Source: an uncultured Candidatus Saccharibacteria bacterium (GTDB taxonomy: Bacteria; Patescibacteriota; Minisyncoccia; UBA6257; Colwellbacteraceae). Taken from it: a stretch of 64,000 nucleotides of DNA. Position numbers and translations under genes: made by a program. The stretch is from positions 44,853 through 108,852 of the forward strand of contig CAYHTW010000003.1 of the NCBI GenBank assembly GCA_964360065.1, written 5' to 3'. The notes below the pieces were generated by a model that had not been told where the DNA came from, did no database searches, and saw nothing but the letters and a program-made list of their open reading frames with translations. Shown here piece after piece: positions 39,619-48,674 of the stretch; position 1 is the first letter of the stretch; every line of letters begins with the position of its first letter.

Positions 39619-40587
39619 TTATCTAAGGTACTTCTGGATGTTGGTTATGTGTCCCTCGTAGGTTGGCGAACAGTGGATTGCTCCATTATTATCGTGAAGA
39701 TAGTAAAGGCAGTTAGTTTTCTGTGGATTTAAGGCTGCCAACATGGCATCCGCGCCAGGATTACCTATAGGGTGCGGCGGCAAACCTGCGTATAAGTAAG
39801 TATTATAAGGTGAATCTATATTCTTATCCTCTGCCATGAGCGGTGCCCACCAGCCATCTCCATTATCACCCCTAGCGTACTGCAAGGTAGCATCTATATC
39901 TAACTTCATATTCTGCAGTAGCCTGTTCCAGACTATTCCCGCGATGAGAGGCATATCGTTTTTACCGGCAGCCTCTCTTTGGATAATAGAGGCGATTTTA
40001 AGCGCCGTAGTCCATTTAATGTTTTGCCTAGTCAAGTCGCTGCTGTGTTTTGTGAGCTCCTCATTAAACCTTGACTTGAGCCTGAGAGCTACGTCAGTGG
40101 GAGCGTCTTTAATGGGGATAAGGTATGTATCCGGGAAATATGTTCCTTCAAAGTAATCGGATTTAGACGAATCGTAATCTATGAATTGCTGTCTTTCCGC
40201 CACGCTCCAATTAAGCTTTTTGCCTACGATATCGGCAATCTCTTCTTTCCTCACTCCCTCAGGTATAACCACCCAGACTTCTTCCGGGGACCTTAAAGAC
40301 GCAGCAACCGTAAAATTATTCCAGCCCTTAATAAAAACGTAAGCCCCAGGCTGCAGCTCGCCATTCAAACCATAGAAAGTACTTATTACCCTGAAAGCCC
40401 AGGCACTTTTTATGACATCCTTGTCACGAAGAATGCCCGCGGCATACGCAACAGTATTTTTATCGGTGGTTCCAAAAGGCACGACAAATCTAACCGTCTC
40501 TCCGGCGCCAAAGAGTGATCCGCTCCATAAAAAAATAAAAATGCCGGCTATAACGGCGAGATTCCCAAAAATAACTGCTCTTTTCAT
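39619..40587 (-). CDS. mltG: Endolytic murein transglycosylase MltG (YceG-like)
   Basis: 322 aa, N-terminal TM, and the YceG core ending GLPPHPIGNPGADAMLAALNPQKTNCLYYL. Confidence 0.85.
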   Translation of the reverse strand: MKRAVIFGNLAVIAGIFIFLWSGSLFGAGETVRFVVPFGTTDKNTVAYAAGILRDKDVIKSAWAFRVISTFYGLNGELQPGAYVFIKGWNNFTVAASLRSPEEVWVVIPEGVRKEEIADIVGKKLNWSVAERQQFIDYDSSKSDYFEGTYFPDTYLIPIKDAPTDVALRLKSRFNEELTKHSSDLTRQNIKWTTALKIASIIQREAAGKNDMPLIAGIVWNRLLQNMKLDIDATLQYARGDNGDGWWAPLMAEDKNIDSPYNTYLYAGLPPHPIGNPGADAMLAALNPQKTNCLYYLHDNNGAIHCSPTYEGHITNIQKYLR

Positions 40588-40733
40588 TCCCTACATATAA
40601 TTACTTATAATACTAAAGATATCAACGTTACTTTTCTGTTGTTTTAATCATACCACGAGAGCTAATGCGAACGAATACAGGGCATGATACAGTTAAAGGC
40701 AGTTAAAGGTCGATTTAAAAACGCCTTTAAACA

Positions 40734-40937
40734 ATGGAACAACTATCCAAAGTCCTTCTCATTGTAGGAGGTTTGAACTGGGGGCTTGTCGGTGTTGGCA
40801 ATCTCATGGGTTCAAGTTGGAATATAGTCAGTATGGTATTAGGTAATTGGCCTATACTTTTGTCGGTAGTCTATGTTCTTGTTGGGGCAGCCGCGGTTTA
40901 CGAACTCTACGGCTTGGCCACTAAGAAAGGAATGTAG
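40734..40937 (+). CDS. DUF378-family small membrane protein (67 aa)
   Basis: LLIVGGLNWGLVGVGNLMGSSWNIV...LLSVVYVLVGAAAVYELY is a DUF378-like pattern. Confidence 0.6.
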   Translation: MEQLSKVLLIVGGLNWGLVGVGNLMGSSWNIVSMVLGNWPILLSVVYVLVGAAAVYELYGLATKKGM

Positions 40938-41025
40938 TATAATAACGTTATCGTAACGTTCTAAAGAGTCCTGTGAGGGGGCTTTTTAGTTTCCATAAAA
41001 AACGAGAATGTTATAATTCATAACT

Positions 41026-41283
41026 ATGATGAACAAATTTTTTAAAAGGCTTCTCTTCGGCTTCTTGGCAGTTATTGTCTTGGCTTTGGCCTGGGGTTTC
41101 TTCGCGGCATTTAAATTCACGTCTGATTTCCAACAGATTGTAAAAACCTCGGTCAAAGACTTTGAAACCTGTGTCGCGTTTTACGGCAAGGTTTTGGAAA
41201 GTTATCCCGAACAATGCGTTACTCCAGACGGTAAGCGTTTCACAAGAGACGTGAGCAATACTACTGACGTGCTTAAATACTAA
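41026..41283 (+). CDS. Hypothetical small anchored/secreted protein (85 aa)
   Basis: N-terminal TM/signal; a TATAAT -10 lies ~12 nt upstream; followed by a strong terminator. Confidence 0.4.
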   Translation: MMNKFFKRLLFGFLAVIVLALAWGFFAAFKFTSDFQQIVKTSVKDFETCVAFYGKVLESYPEQCVTPDGKRFTRDVSNTTDVLKY

Positions 41284-41313
41284 AAATCCCGGGGGTTTCC
41301 CGGGATTTTTGAA
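41284..41313. terminator. Bidirectional rho-independent terminator AAAATCCCGGG-GGTTT-CCCGGGATTTTT
   Basis: Perfect 7-bp GC stem flanked by an A-run and a T-run, lying between convergent small genes. Confidence 0.8.
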
Positions 41314-41319
41314 CTTGGA

Positions 41320-41544
41320 TTATCTCCTCATTCCCCCTCCGCGCTTATCGCCCATCCGCTCGCGGTGGCAATTTCTGCAGAGAAGTTGGCTGAGTCTAGC
41401 AGGATCTGGCTCAAACGGCAGTTCCGTTATCGGAGTACTGCAGCTTGCGCACTTCCAGTCACCCTGGAACATCTTGCGCTCAAAACCACCTCTATCGTTT
41501 TGCATTGTGATTTTTATTTTTCGAACCTTCGAAACTCTGGGCAA
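41320..41544 (-). CDS. Small C4 zinc-ribbon protein, possibly DksA/TraR-family (74 aa)
   Basis: CASC-x20-CRNC with intervening I..E...ARL, which resembles the TraR/DksA C4 finger (CxxC-x17-CxxC). Weak. Confidence 0.35.
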   Translation of the reverse strand: MPRVSKVRKIKITMQNDRGGFERKMFQGDWKCASCSTPITELPFEPDPARLSQLLCRNCHRERMGDKRGGGMRR

Positions 41545-41639
41545 AACACTTTAGAGATGACTTTGCTGCGAAATTTCTTAACACCATCGTACCACTAAAG
41601 GGCCTGAAAGTCAATCTAGCCAGTTAATATTATGCAGCC

Positions 41640-41697
41640 CTCTACAATCAGTATACTATAATACTGATCAGTACTATAGTATATTGGTAGAGTCCTC
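41640..41697. repeat. Imperfect long palindrome containing the same AGTATACTATA.TACTGATCAGTACTATAGTATA core as 4482-4517; overlaps the last codons of truB
   Basis: Core arms match copy 1 with 2 mismatches. The outer arms CTCTAC...GTAGAG extend the palindrome. Confidence 0.8.
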
Positions 41698-42327
41698 TAC
41701 CCTGTATTTGCCTATCTGTGTCCGCCTTAAGTCGCCTAGAGTTGCTGGAAACCCCAGCCTTCTACCGAGTTCTTCTGCTAGTGATCTGATATACGTCCCA
41801 CTGCCGACTTCAAAAATAATCCTTGCCGAATAAAGGCCGTCTTTGCACTCAAGTTCCTTTAGTTCGGCGCTTAATACCTCCATCTCCCTTTCCGGCAAAT
41901 CCACTATCCTTCCACGTCTAGCGAGCTTATAAAGCCTTTTACCGCCGACTTTAATTGCCGAGTAAGCCGGCACCTTCAGTTTAGTCTTGCCGATTAAGCT
42001 TTTGAGGACTTCTTTGACTTTCTCGTAGGCAACCTCCGCAACCTCCTTTCTTTCCAGAATCTCCCCTTCCATATCTCCTGTTGAAGTCTTGATGCCCAGA
42101 AGAACTATGGCCTCATAGACTTTAGGAAGCTTAATGAGTTCGTGCAGAGCCTTGGTTCCATCGCCCACTCCCACCAACATCAAGCCGGAGGCCAGTGGAT
42201 CCAAAGTTCCGGCGTGTCCTATTTTTTTAATACCCAATTTTTGTCTCAAAGCTTTAATTACCCAGAAAGAAGTCACCCCCTTAGGCTTATCTATCAAAAA
42301 CAATTTTTGACCGCTCTTAATTTCCAT
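41674..42327 (-). CDS. truB: tRNA pseudouridine(55) synthase TruB
   Basis: 217 aa; GVTSFWVIKALRQKLGIKKIGHAGTLDPLASGLMLVGVG carries the catalytic Asp motif. Confidence 0.9.
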   Translation of the reverse strand: MEIKSGQKLFLIDKPKGVTSFWVIKALRQKLGIKKIGHAGTLDPLASGLMLVGVGDGTKALHELIKLPKVYEAIVLLGIKTSTGDMEGEILERKEVAEVAYEKVKEVLKSLIGKTKLKVPAYSAIKVGGKRLYKLARRGRIVDLPEREMEVLSAELKELECKDGLYSARIIFEVGSGTYIRSLAEELGRRLGFPATLGDLRRTQIGKYRVEDSTNIL

Positions 42328-42375
42328 TAGTCCTCTTATTAATATAATATTTAACTAAATTAGCAAAACATCCAA

Positions 42376-44037
42376 ATGAATATAACAGAAAAGATCAGGC
42401 AATTTTTCAAGGGGGACGTGGTTGATGACGAGCCTTCGCTTGATGAGTACAGCCGGGATGCCAGTATCTTCGCAATCAAACCCAAGATAGTCACTTTCCC
42501 AAAAGACGTCAATGATATTAAAAATCTGGTTAAATTCGTCTCCCGAGAGAAGCTAGAGAAACTTGAGATTTCTTTGACTCCCCGAGCAGCCGGCACCGAT
42601 ATGAGCGGCGGCCCATTAACCGACTCTGTTGTTGTCTCCACCACCAGATACCTCAATCACGTTAAGGAAGTGGGCGACCTGCCTGCGCGGGCGGGAGGCT
42701 ACGCCATTACCGAACCAGGGGTCTTTTACCGTGACTTTGATAAGTTGACTAGAGAGAAGGGGTATATTCTACCCAGCTATCCGGCTTCCCGGGAACTTTG
42801 CGCAGTAGGAGGCATGGTAGGCAACAACTCCGGTGGAGAAAAAAACCTAGCCTACGGCGAAACCGAAAGATGGGTGGAAAGTTTAAAAATGGTCCTGGCC
42901 GATGGCAACGAAGTTGAGTTCAGCAAGCTCTCGTTTGAGGAACTGGAAGAAAAGAAAAAAGGTACGTCACTTGAGGCCGAAATCTACCAAAAGATGAGTA
43001 GGCTTCTAACTGATAACTATGATGAAGTAAAAGCCGCCAAACCCCAGGTTTCTAAAAACTCCTCCGGTTACTTCCTATGGAACGTGATGGACAAAGTTGC
43101 TAAAACTTTTGATCTCTCTCGTATGATTGTTGGCTCCCAAGGCACATTGGGTATAATAACCGAAATTAAATTCAGGCTCGTTAAGCCTAAAGAGCACGCC
43201 CGCATGCTTATAATATTTCTGAAGGACTTTAATTTATTGCCGGAAATAGTTAACAAAGTTATGGCCTATAAACCAGAAAGCTTTGAGTCCTACGACGATA
43301 ACACGCTAAAAATAGGCCTTAAGTTCCTGCCCGACATTATAAAAATAATGAAGGGTAACTTTTTTACCATGGCATTTCAATTCTTGCCCGAGTTCTGGAT
43401 GGCTCTCTCCGGCGGCATACCAAAGATCATTTTAATGGCGGAGTTTACCGGTGATATCGACAAAGAGGCCTACGAAAAGACCGTGCAGGCCAACATTGCA
43501 CTAAAAGGAATGGGATTAAAAACCAGAGTCACCAAGACCGAAAAAGAAATTAAAAAATATTGGGCTTTCCGAAGGGAGAGTTTCAACTTACTCCGTCACC
43601 ATATGAAGGGCACAAGAACCGCGCCTTTTATAGACGATGTTATTGTTAAGCCTGAGAAGCTCCCAGAGTTCCTGCCTAAACTGAATGCTCTCTTGAGGCA
43701 ATATGACCTTGTTTACACCGTCGCCGGCCATATTGGTGACGGCAACTTCCACATTATTCCACTTATGAAACTCTCCGACCCAAAGGCTAAGGAAGTAATT
43801 GAAAACCTCTCCAAACAAGTCTATAAACTAGTTATAGAGTATGGCGGCTCCATCACAGCCGAGCACAATGATGGTTTAGCTAGAAGCCCATTTGTGAGAG
43901 AAATGTTCGGCAATAAAATTTTTTTTCTTTTTGAACAAACGGAAAAAATATTTGACCCGCAAAACATATTTAACCCGGTTAAAAAAATAAACGCGACCAT
44001 GGAGTACTCTATGGAACATCTAGACACAAAAATATGA
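42376..44037 (+). CDS. FAD-linked oxidase (FAD_binding_4 + C-terminal oxidase domain; GlcD/D-lactate dehydrogenase-like)
   Basis: 553 aa; the N-terminal FAD-binding PCMH-type domain (PKIVTFPKDVNDIKNLVKFV...RAAGTDMSGGPL) and a C-terminal domain typical of this family. Confidence 0.75.
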   Translation: MNITEKIRQFFKGDVVDDEPSLDEYSRDASIFAIKPKIVTFPKDVNDIKNLVKFVSREKLEKLEISLTPRAAGTDMSGGPLTDSVVVSTTRYLNHVKEVGDLPARAGGYAITEPGVFYRDFDKLTREKGYILPSYPASRELCAVGGMVGNNSGGEKNLAYGETERWVESLKMVLADGNEVEFSKLSFEELEEKKKGTSLEAEIYQKMSRLLTDNYDEVKAAKPQVSKNSSGYFLWNVMDKVAKTFDLSRMIVGSQGTLGIITEIKFRLVKPKEHARMLIIFLKDFNLLPEIVNKVMAYKPESFESYDDNTLKIGLKFLPDIIKIMKGNFFTMAFQFLPEFWMALSGGIPKIILMAEFTGDIDKEAYEKTVQANIALKGMGLKTRVTKTEKEIKKYWAFRRESFNLLRHHMKGTRTAPFIDDVIVKPEKLPEFLPKLNALLRQYDLVYTVAGHIGDGNFHIIPLMKLSDPKAKEVIENLSKQVYKLVIEYGGSITAEHNDGLARSPFVREMFGNKIFFLFEQTEKIFDPQNIFNPVKKINATMEYSMEHLDTKI

Positions 44038-44153
44038 GTCTGTCTTACGAAATAGAAATCAAGTCTCTCCTCGGTCCCAAGGAGAGGGCAGACTCTCTCC
44101 GGAAGAAGATAACCTCTAATCCTTATTTTGGATAATAAGCACGCTGGAACGCC

Positions 44154-45761
44154 CTAGTGAATCTCTTCCTTCTTATCTCTTAAGAAATTCCTCCACTGTT
44201 CAAAGAATTCCAGAAATACCTGGATAGGAGTTTCTATGAGGAAATTAAATATGAACACTATTGCGTTGTAGCGGGCCAATTGCTTAGAGAGCCACTGGCC
44301 AACTTGGATGACTGGCAGGAAAAGAAAATCTAGAATACCTCCGATAAAACTAGATCTCACCTCTCCTACAATGAGCTCCCTGCCTCTTTGCTGAATCTTG
44401 GTACCAGCAAAAGCTATTAAGGAAACAAAGAAAAGGAATATAAGAACTGAGAACGGGCCGAAGCCGTAAGACAGTAGGAACCAAGCTACCAGTCCGTATG
44501 AAATCGCAAAACTCAACAAATAAAATATTGCAAAAATAGATCTAGCGAGAGTACTCCTGAGCTTCGGGAAAATAATATAGTAATCAATCCTATCCTCTCC
44601 GGTGACTAATGCTTTAACTTCTTTTTTGACATTAACCACGTTTTTGTCGGAAGTCAGCTTGGTGTTGGTAACGAGGAATAGCATTAGGATCGGGGGAATA
44701 AGAACGCTGGTCATGATAGCCGCCGTATTAATATGGCCCTGTATATATCTATCCAGCGGAATTTCCAGGAGCAGGGCTATGAGAACTTTGCTGATAAAAA
44801 TTGAGACTGTGCTGTAAATGGCTGCTCGCCTTATCTTACCTTTTAACTTATTAAGTCTAACTTTATAGGCTTTGCCTGTTTCTACATCCAACTCGTCCTC
44901 ATCTTCGGTTACTTTCTTAAACGAACCAACTTTGTCACCGATAATATCTCCTAAGATTAAATAAGGCGTATCGTGTCTCTCTACTAAACGGTAAAATTTT
45001 TCCCCATAAGGAAACTCAAGTGTTTTCTCTATAAGTTCTTTCACTCCCCAGATATGATTTGTAACGTGCTGCAAAGTTCCTTCCGATGGACTGTGCCAGT
45101 CTCCGTAAAGCCTGCCTAACAGGTGATATGCAATAACAGGATCATCCATTTTAAATAGCACGCGGTGGACTGCCACATAAATTTGGAGGTTCTTCTCGTC
45201 TTCTGTCATCAGCTTCTTGTCTTCTGGACGCAGCTTTACTCTCTCCAAAAGATCTTTAGTAGTAAAATCCACCAAAGCCAATTCTTTCTCATGTGGGTCT
45301 AGAGTAATCTCCACTTCGTAGGAAGCCATCTGCACAAACCACTTATTAAACTCCTCTCTCTTTTTCCTTTCGCCATTACCGCTATTTTTCAAAATATAGG
45401 CGTGTTTATTTAAAACCTGCCTGATCTCTTCAACCTTTTCTAATGGGATGGCATGGTTCGGGAAATGTCCGCCCCTAATAAGTTCTCTTAAAAATTGTTC
45501 GGCCGCGTCGGTTCCATTTTCGCCGGTCATATCGCTCTGTAAGAGCGACCTGCGCTTTAAAATTCTCTCTATAGCTGTTTTCCTTAAAAGGTGCTCTTCC
45601 CTCCAATCCACTATCCCCCGGATAGCTTCATAGAATGAAGCTACGCGAGCCGCCACGTCGTCAACGTTGATAGTATCATCCTCTCCGTTAACCCGTGTCT
45701 TATCGCCTGCCTTAGAGGCAATTTCGGCTAATTTCTTTATAGATTCGCTTAAATTGGGCAT
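44154..45761 (-). CDS. Hypothetical membrane protein (535 aa; ~330-aa soluble N-domain + C-terminal multi-TM region)
   Basis: Well-formed ORF with no recognisable catalytic motif. Confidence 0.5.
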   Translation of the reverse strand: MPNLSESIKKLAEIASKAGDKTRVNGEDDTINVDDVAARVASFYEAIRGIVDWREEHLLRKTAIERILKRRSLLQSDMTGENGTDAAEQFLRELIRGGHFPNHAIPLEKVEEIRQVLNKHAYILKNSGNGERKKREEFNKWFVQMASYEVEITLDPHEKELALVDFTTKDLLERVKLRPEDKKLMTEDEKNLQIYVAVHRVLFKMDDPVIAYHLLGRLYGDWHSPSEGTLQHVTNHIWGVKELIEKTLEFPYGEKFYRLVERHDTPYLILGDIIGDKVGSFKKVTEDEDELDVETGKAYKVRLNKLKGKIRRAAIYSTVSIFISKVLIALLLEIPLDRYIQGHINTAAIMTSVLIPPILMLFLVTNTKLTSDKNVVNVKKEVKALVTGEDRIDYYIIFPKLRSTLARSIFAIFYLLSFAISYGLVAWFLLSYGFGPFSVLIFLFFVSLIAFAGTKIQQRGRELIVGEVRSSFIGGILDFLFLPVIQVGQWLSKQLARYNAIVFIFNFLIETPIQVFLEFFEQWRNFLRDKKEEIH

Positions 45762-45764
45762 ATT

Positions 45765-45790
45765 AAATGCCGCTATAGCGGCTTTAACAT
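45765..45790 (-). terminator. Hairpin GCCGC-TATA-GCGGC followed by AUUUAAUAU immediately 3' of nrdJ and 8 nt before the next start codon
   Basis: Perfect 14-nt palindrome at 45769-45782 with a U-rich tract on the minus strand. Confidence 0.4.
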
Positions 45791-45905
45791 AAGCTTACTC
45801 TTTTAGCTGTTTTTATCAACCCGAGGACCTTCTAAGGGTATAAAGCATAGTTGGGGTCAATCCATTATCGGCCACATCTGAGATCAGAGAAACTATCGCC
45901 AAGGC

Positions 45906-48362
45906 TTAAGTACAGCGGCTGAAGCCACAGCTCTTACAACTTATACAGCCTTCGGCCATGGTAAGTCTTTCTCCACAGTCAGGACAACCCACTGGATTGC
46001 CGTAATCAGCTAAGCTGACTTTCTTTTTGGCTCCTGGATTTGTAGTCAAGACAGCAATCGTGGCGGCACCCTGGGTTTCTACCTTACCAACGTTTGCTTC
46101 AACCATAACACCTTCAAACAATCCAGTCTGCTCTCCGTTTCTCGCATGCTCTTCCAAAATCCTGCCAATAGCATCGGGTAGAGAAAGTACAGTTCCCTTA
46201 GGAGTCAAGGTCGGCATCGGCCCCCTGATACCCTTTAAGTCGTCAATGATTTCTTCCACTTTTATGCCTGAGCGGAGTGAAAGCGAGATAAGTCGACATA
46301 TTGCCTCGGACTGTTCCTGAAAGAAACCTCCACTCTTACCAATAGTGGCAAAGACTTCAAAGGGTACTCCAACTTCGTCATTATTAACTGTCACGTAGAG
46401 ATTACCGTAACCTGTCTTCACCTTATAAGTTTTACCCGACAAAGTTTCAGGCCTCTTCCTGGGCTCCAGGCGATTCATATCAACAGCTAAATCTATAGAC
46501 TTCGTGCTTTCTGCTTTAGCCAACTTTTTAGGATCGCTGGTTGTGGAAATAATATTTTCTCCTGTACCTAAATTCAAAATCTGAACATTGCGGCTACCGT
46601 CTCTGTAAACGGTGGAGCTCTTACAACCGGACTTCCAGGCTTCAATGTAAGCTTGCCTCACATCTTCGTGGGTAGCGCTGAATGGGAAATTAACAGTCTT
46701 GGAAATAGAGTTATCCACGTTCTTCTGGAAAGCTCCTTGCATCCTGACGTGGTCAATGCCGGTCATTTCCATGGAAATTACAAAAGTATCACGCAAATCC
46801 TTAGGCAGGTAATCCAAACGTTGGATACTGCCGGTCTTAACGAGTTCTTCTTTTATCTTAGTAACGGTCGCCTCGTCAAACTTTCTCTTCTTTAATTCTT
46901 TCTCAAAGTGAGAGTTAAGGTATTGGTACTGAACTCCGTCTTTATCCTGCTTAATATAAGCCAGTGCAAAGTTGGGTTCACAACCGGAGGAAGTGTCGTA
47001 CATCATAGATATACTGCCGGTAGGAGCAACTGTTGTTAAGGCTGCGTTTCTCATTTTTATCTTCTTCTTCTTAAAAACACTTAGATTCCAGTTTGGGAAA
47101 GGAGCCTTTTCTTTGGCGAGTGCCTGACTCATCTCGTGTGCCGCCTTATTAATAAAGGCCATGGTCTTTTCAGCCATAGCAATACCCTCTGCAGAGTTAT
47201 ATTTGATGCCTAATTGGTAAAGCTGGTCAGCAAAACCCATAATGCCAAGGCCAATACGCCTGTTCTTTCTAGCTAACTCAGTTACCTGGGGTACTGGGAA
47301 ATCGAACCTATCTATGATATTATCCAGCATTCTGACTGAGGTTCTAGTAACGAATTTAAGCCTCGCCCAGTCCATCTTGCCGTCTTTAACGAAGACAGCT
47401 AGGTTAATACTCCCTAAATTGCAGTTGTCGTAGGGGTGTAAAAATTGCTCGCCACAGGGGTTGGAGCACTCAATACGGCCTAACCCGGGTAAAGGATTGT
47501 TTTTGTTGATGGTATCAATAAAAACTATTCCGGGTTCTCCGTTCTTCCAGGCATAGTTTACGATCTCTCCCATGACATCCCCTACAGTCATATCTAATTC
47601 TTCGTAACCGTAAACACTGCCGTTGGGATGACGTAAAATTTTTCTAGGTTTAATTTTTTCTCCTTTCCAAGTGGAAAACCAGGGAGTCTCTGGAGCCTCC
47701 GAAGCTAAACGCATAAATTCATCAGTAACTTTGATGGAAATATTAAAATTTCTTATTTCTCCCTCCACTTCTTTAGAGCGGATGAAATCCAAAAAGTCCG
47801 GGTGGTCCACGCTTATCATCGCCATATTGGCTCCGTGTCTGCCTTGTTGTTTAATCGTTCCAAAAGCTTCGTTGTAAACTTTTAAAAACGAAACTGCCCC
47901 AGAAGAAACTCCGCGAGATTTTTTTGTCGGGAACATCGCTGGCCGTAATTCGTCCAGAGAAAATCCCAAACCCGATCCAGCCTGTTGCAAAAGAGCAGCG
48001 TCCTTTAAGGTCTGGAAAATACTTTCCATTGAATCATGAATAGGAAGCACTATGCAATTAGCGATTAAAGGAGTGCCTGCGCCGGCGTTAGTGAGTGTCC
48101 TGCCCGCCGGAGTGAACTCCTTAGTGGACATAATGCTGAAGAAATCTTCTTCAACTTTCTTAATAAACTTAGCGTCGTGCTTGTAGTCCTTCTCTACTTC
48201 CGCAATAGCACTTGCCACACGGTGGAACATATCCGCTGGCGCCTCTTGTTTGCCGTTTTCATCCGTAGCCAAATATCTTTTTCTCATCATCTTTAGAGCG
48301 TTCTCCGAAAATGTCTTGTTTACTTGTTCGTCCCTTTTCTTGGTGGCTACGTCCTTTATCAT
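45906..48362 (-). CDS. nrdJ: Ribonucleoside-diphosphate/triphosphate reductase, class II (adenosylcobalamin-dependent), with C-terminal zinc ribbon
   Basis: 818 aa; N-terminal ATP-cone-less class II signature (FTPAGRTLTNAGAGTPLIANCIVLP...), the active-site Cys region, and the C-terminal CPDCGERLTMAEGCISCKSCGFSRC. Confidence 0.9.
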   Translation of the reverse strand: MIKDVATKKRDEQVNKTFSENALKMMRKRYLATDENGKQEAPADMFHRVASAIAEVEKDYKHDAKFIKKVEEDFFSIMSTKEFTPAGRTLTNAGAGTPLIANCIVLPIHDSMESIFQTLKDAALLQQAGSGLGFSLDELRPAMFPTKKSRGVSSGAVSFLKVYNEAFGTIKQQGRHGANMAMISVDHPDFLDFIRSKEVEGEIRNFNISIKVTDEFMRLASEAPETPWFSTWKGEKIKPRKILRHPNGSVYGYEELDMTVGDVMGEIVNYAWKNGEPGIVFIDTINKNNPLPGLGRIECSNPCGEQFLHPYDNCNLGSINLAVFVKDGKMDWARLKFVTRTSVRMLDNIIDRFDFPVPQVTELARKNRRIGLGIMGFADQLYQLGIKYNSAEGIAMAEKTMAFINKAAHEMSQALAKEKAPFPNWNLSVFKKKKIKMRNAALTTVAPTGSISMMYDTSSGCEPNFALAYIKQDKDGVQYQYLNSHFEKELKKRKFDEATVTKIKEELVKTGSIQRLDYLPKDLRDTFVISMEMTGIDHVRMQGAFQKNVDNSISKTVNFPFSATHEDVRQAYIEAWKSGCKSSTVYRDGSRNVQILNLGTGENIISTTSDPKKLAKAESTKSIDLAVDMNRLEPRKRPETLSGKTYKVKTGYGNLYVTVNNDEVGVPFEVFATIGKSGGFFQEQSEAICRLISLSLRSGIKVEEIIDDLKGIRGPMPTLTPKGTVLSLPDAIGRILEEHARNGEQTGLFEGVMVEANVGKVETQGAATIAVLTTNPGAKKKVSLADYGNPVGCPDCGERLTMAEGCISCKSCGFSRCT

Positions 48363-48549
48363 GTTCCTTTTTATTTTTATTTTCCCGACGCTTGCTCTAT
48401 CTTAGCACGGTGCTTGTGGATAAACGCCAAGGGCTGCTGAGACGGTGGTGAAGACCCTCATAAAATTTAGGTTTTTGGATTAGATAGGGGCTATGACAAT
48501 ATTTGACAATAGGTTGGCAACCCCCGCGCCGAGCCTAGATTAAATTTTA

Positions 48550-48671
48550 GGGCTTACGCAATTGGATGAAGTACGAGGCGAAACCGAGCATCGAACTGAG
48601 CCGTATTTTTAATAATACGGTAAAGGACGAACGGAGGTTTTAACGAAGTAGTTCGCCAATTGCGTAAGCCC
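48550..48671. other. 122-nt structured element closed by a perfect 16-bp inverted repeat (GGGCTTACGCAATTGG ... CCAATTGCGTAAGCCC), between ftsZ and nrdJ
   Basis: Verified by coordinates 48550-48565 and 48656-48671. The interior contains further hairpins (CCGTAT-N8-ATACGG; CGAA-CTAC-TTCG). Confidence 0.8.
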
Positions 48672-48674
48672 TAT

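Noticed and set aside
48363-48674. Cobalamin riboswitch or NrdR boxes upstream of nrdJ
   Set aside because: No B12-box-like GCCACTG core and no 16-bp NrdR-type palindromes could be found by eye. The structure is reported as unknown.
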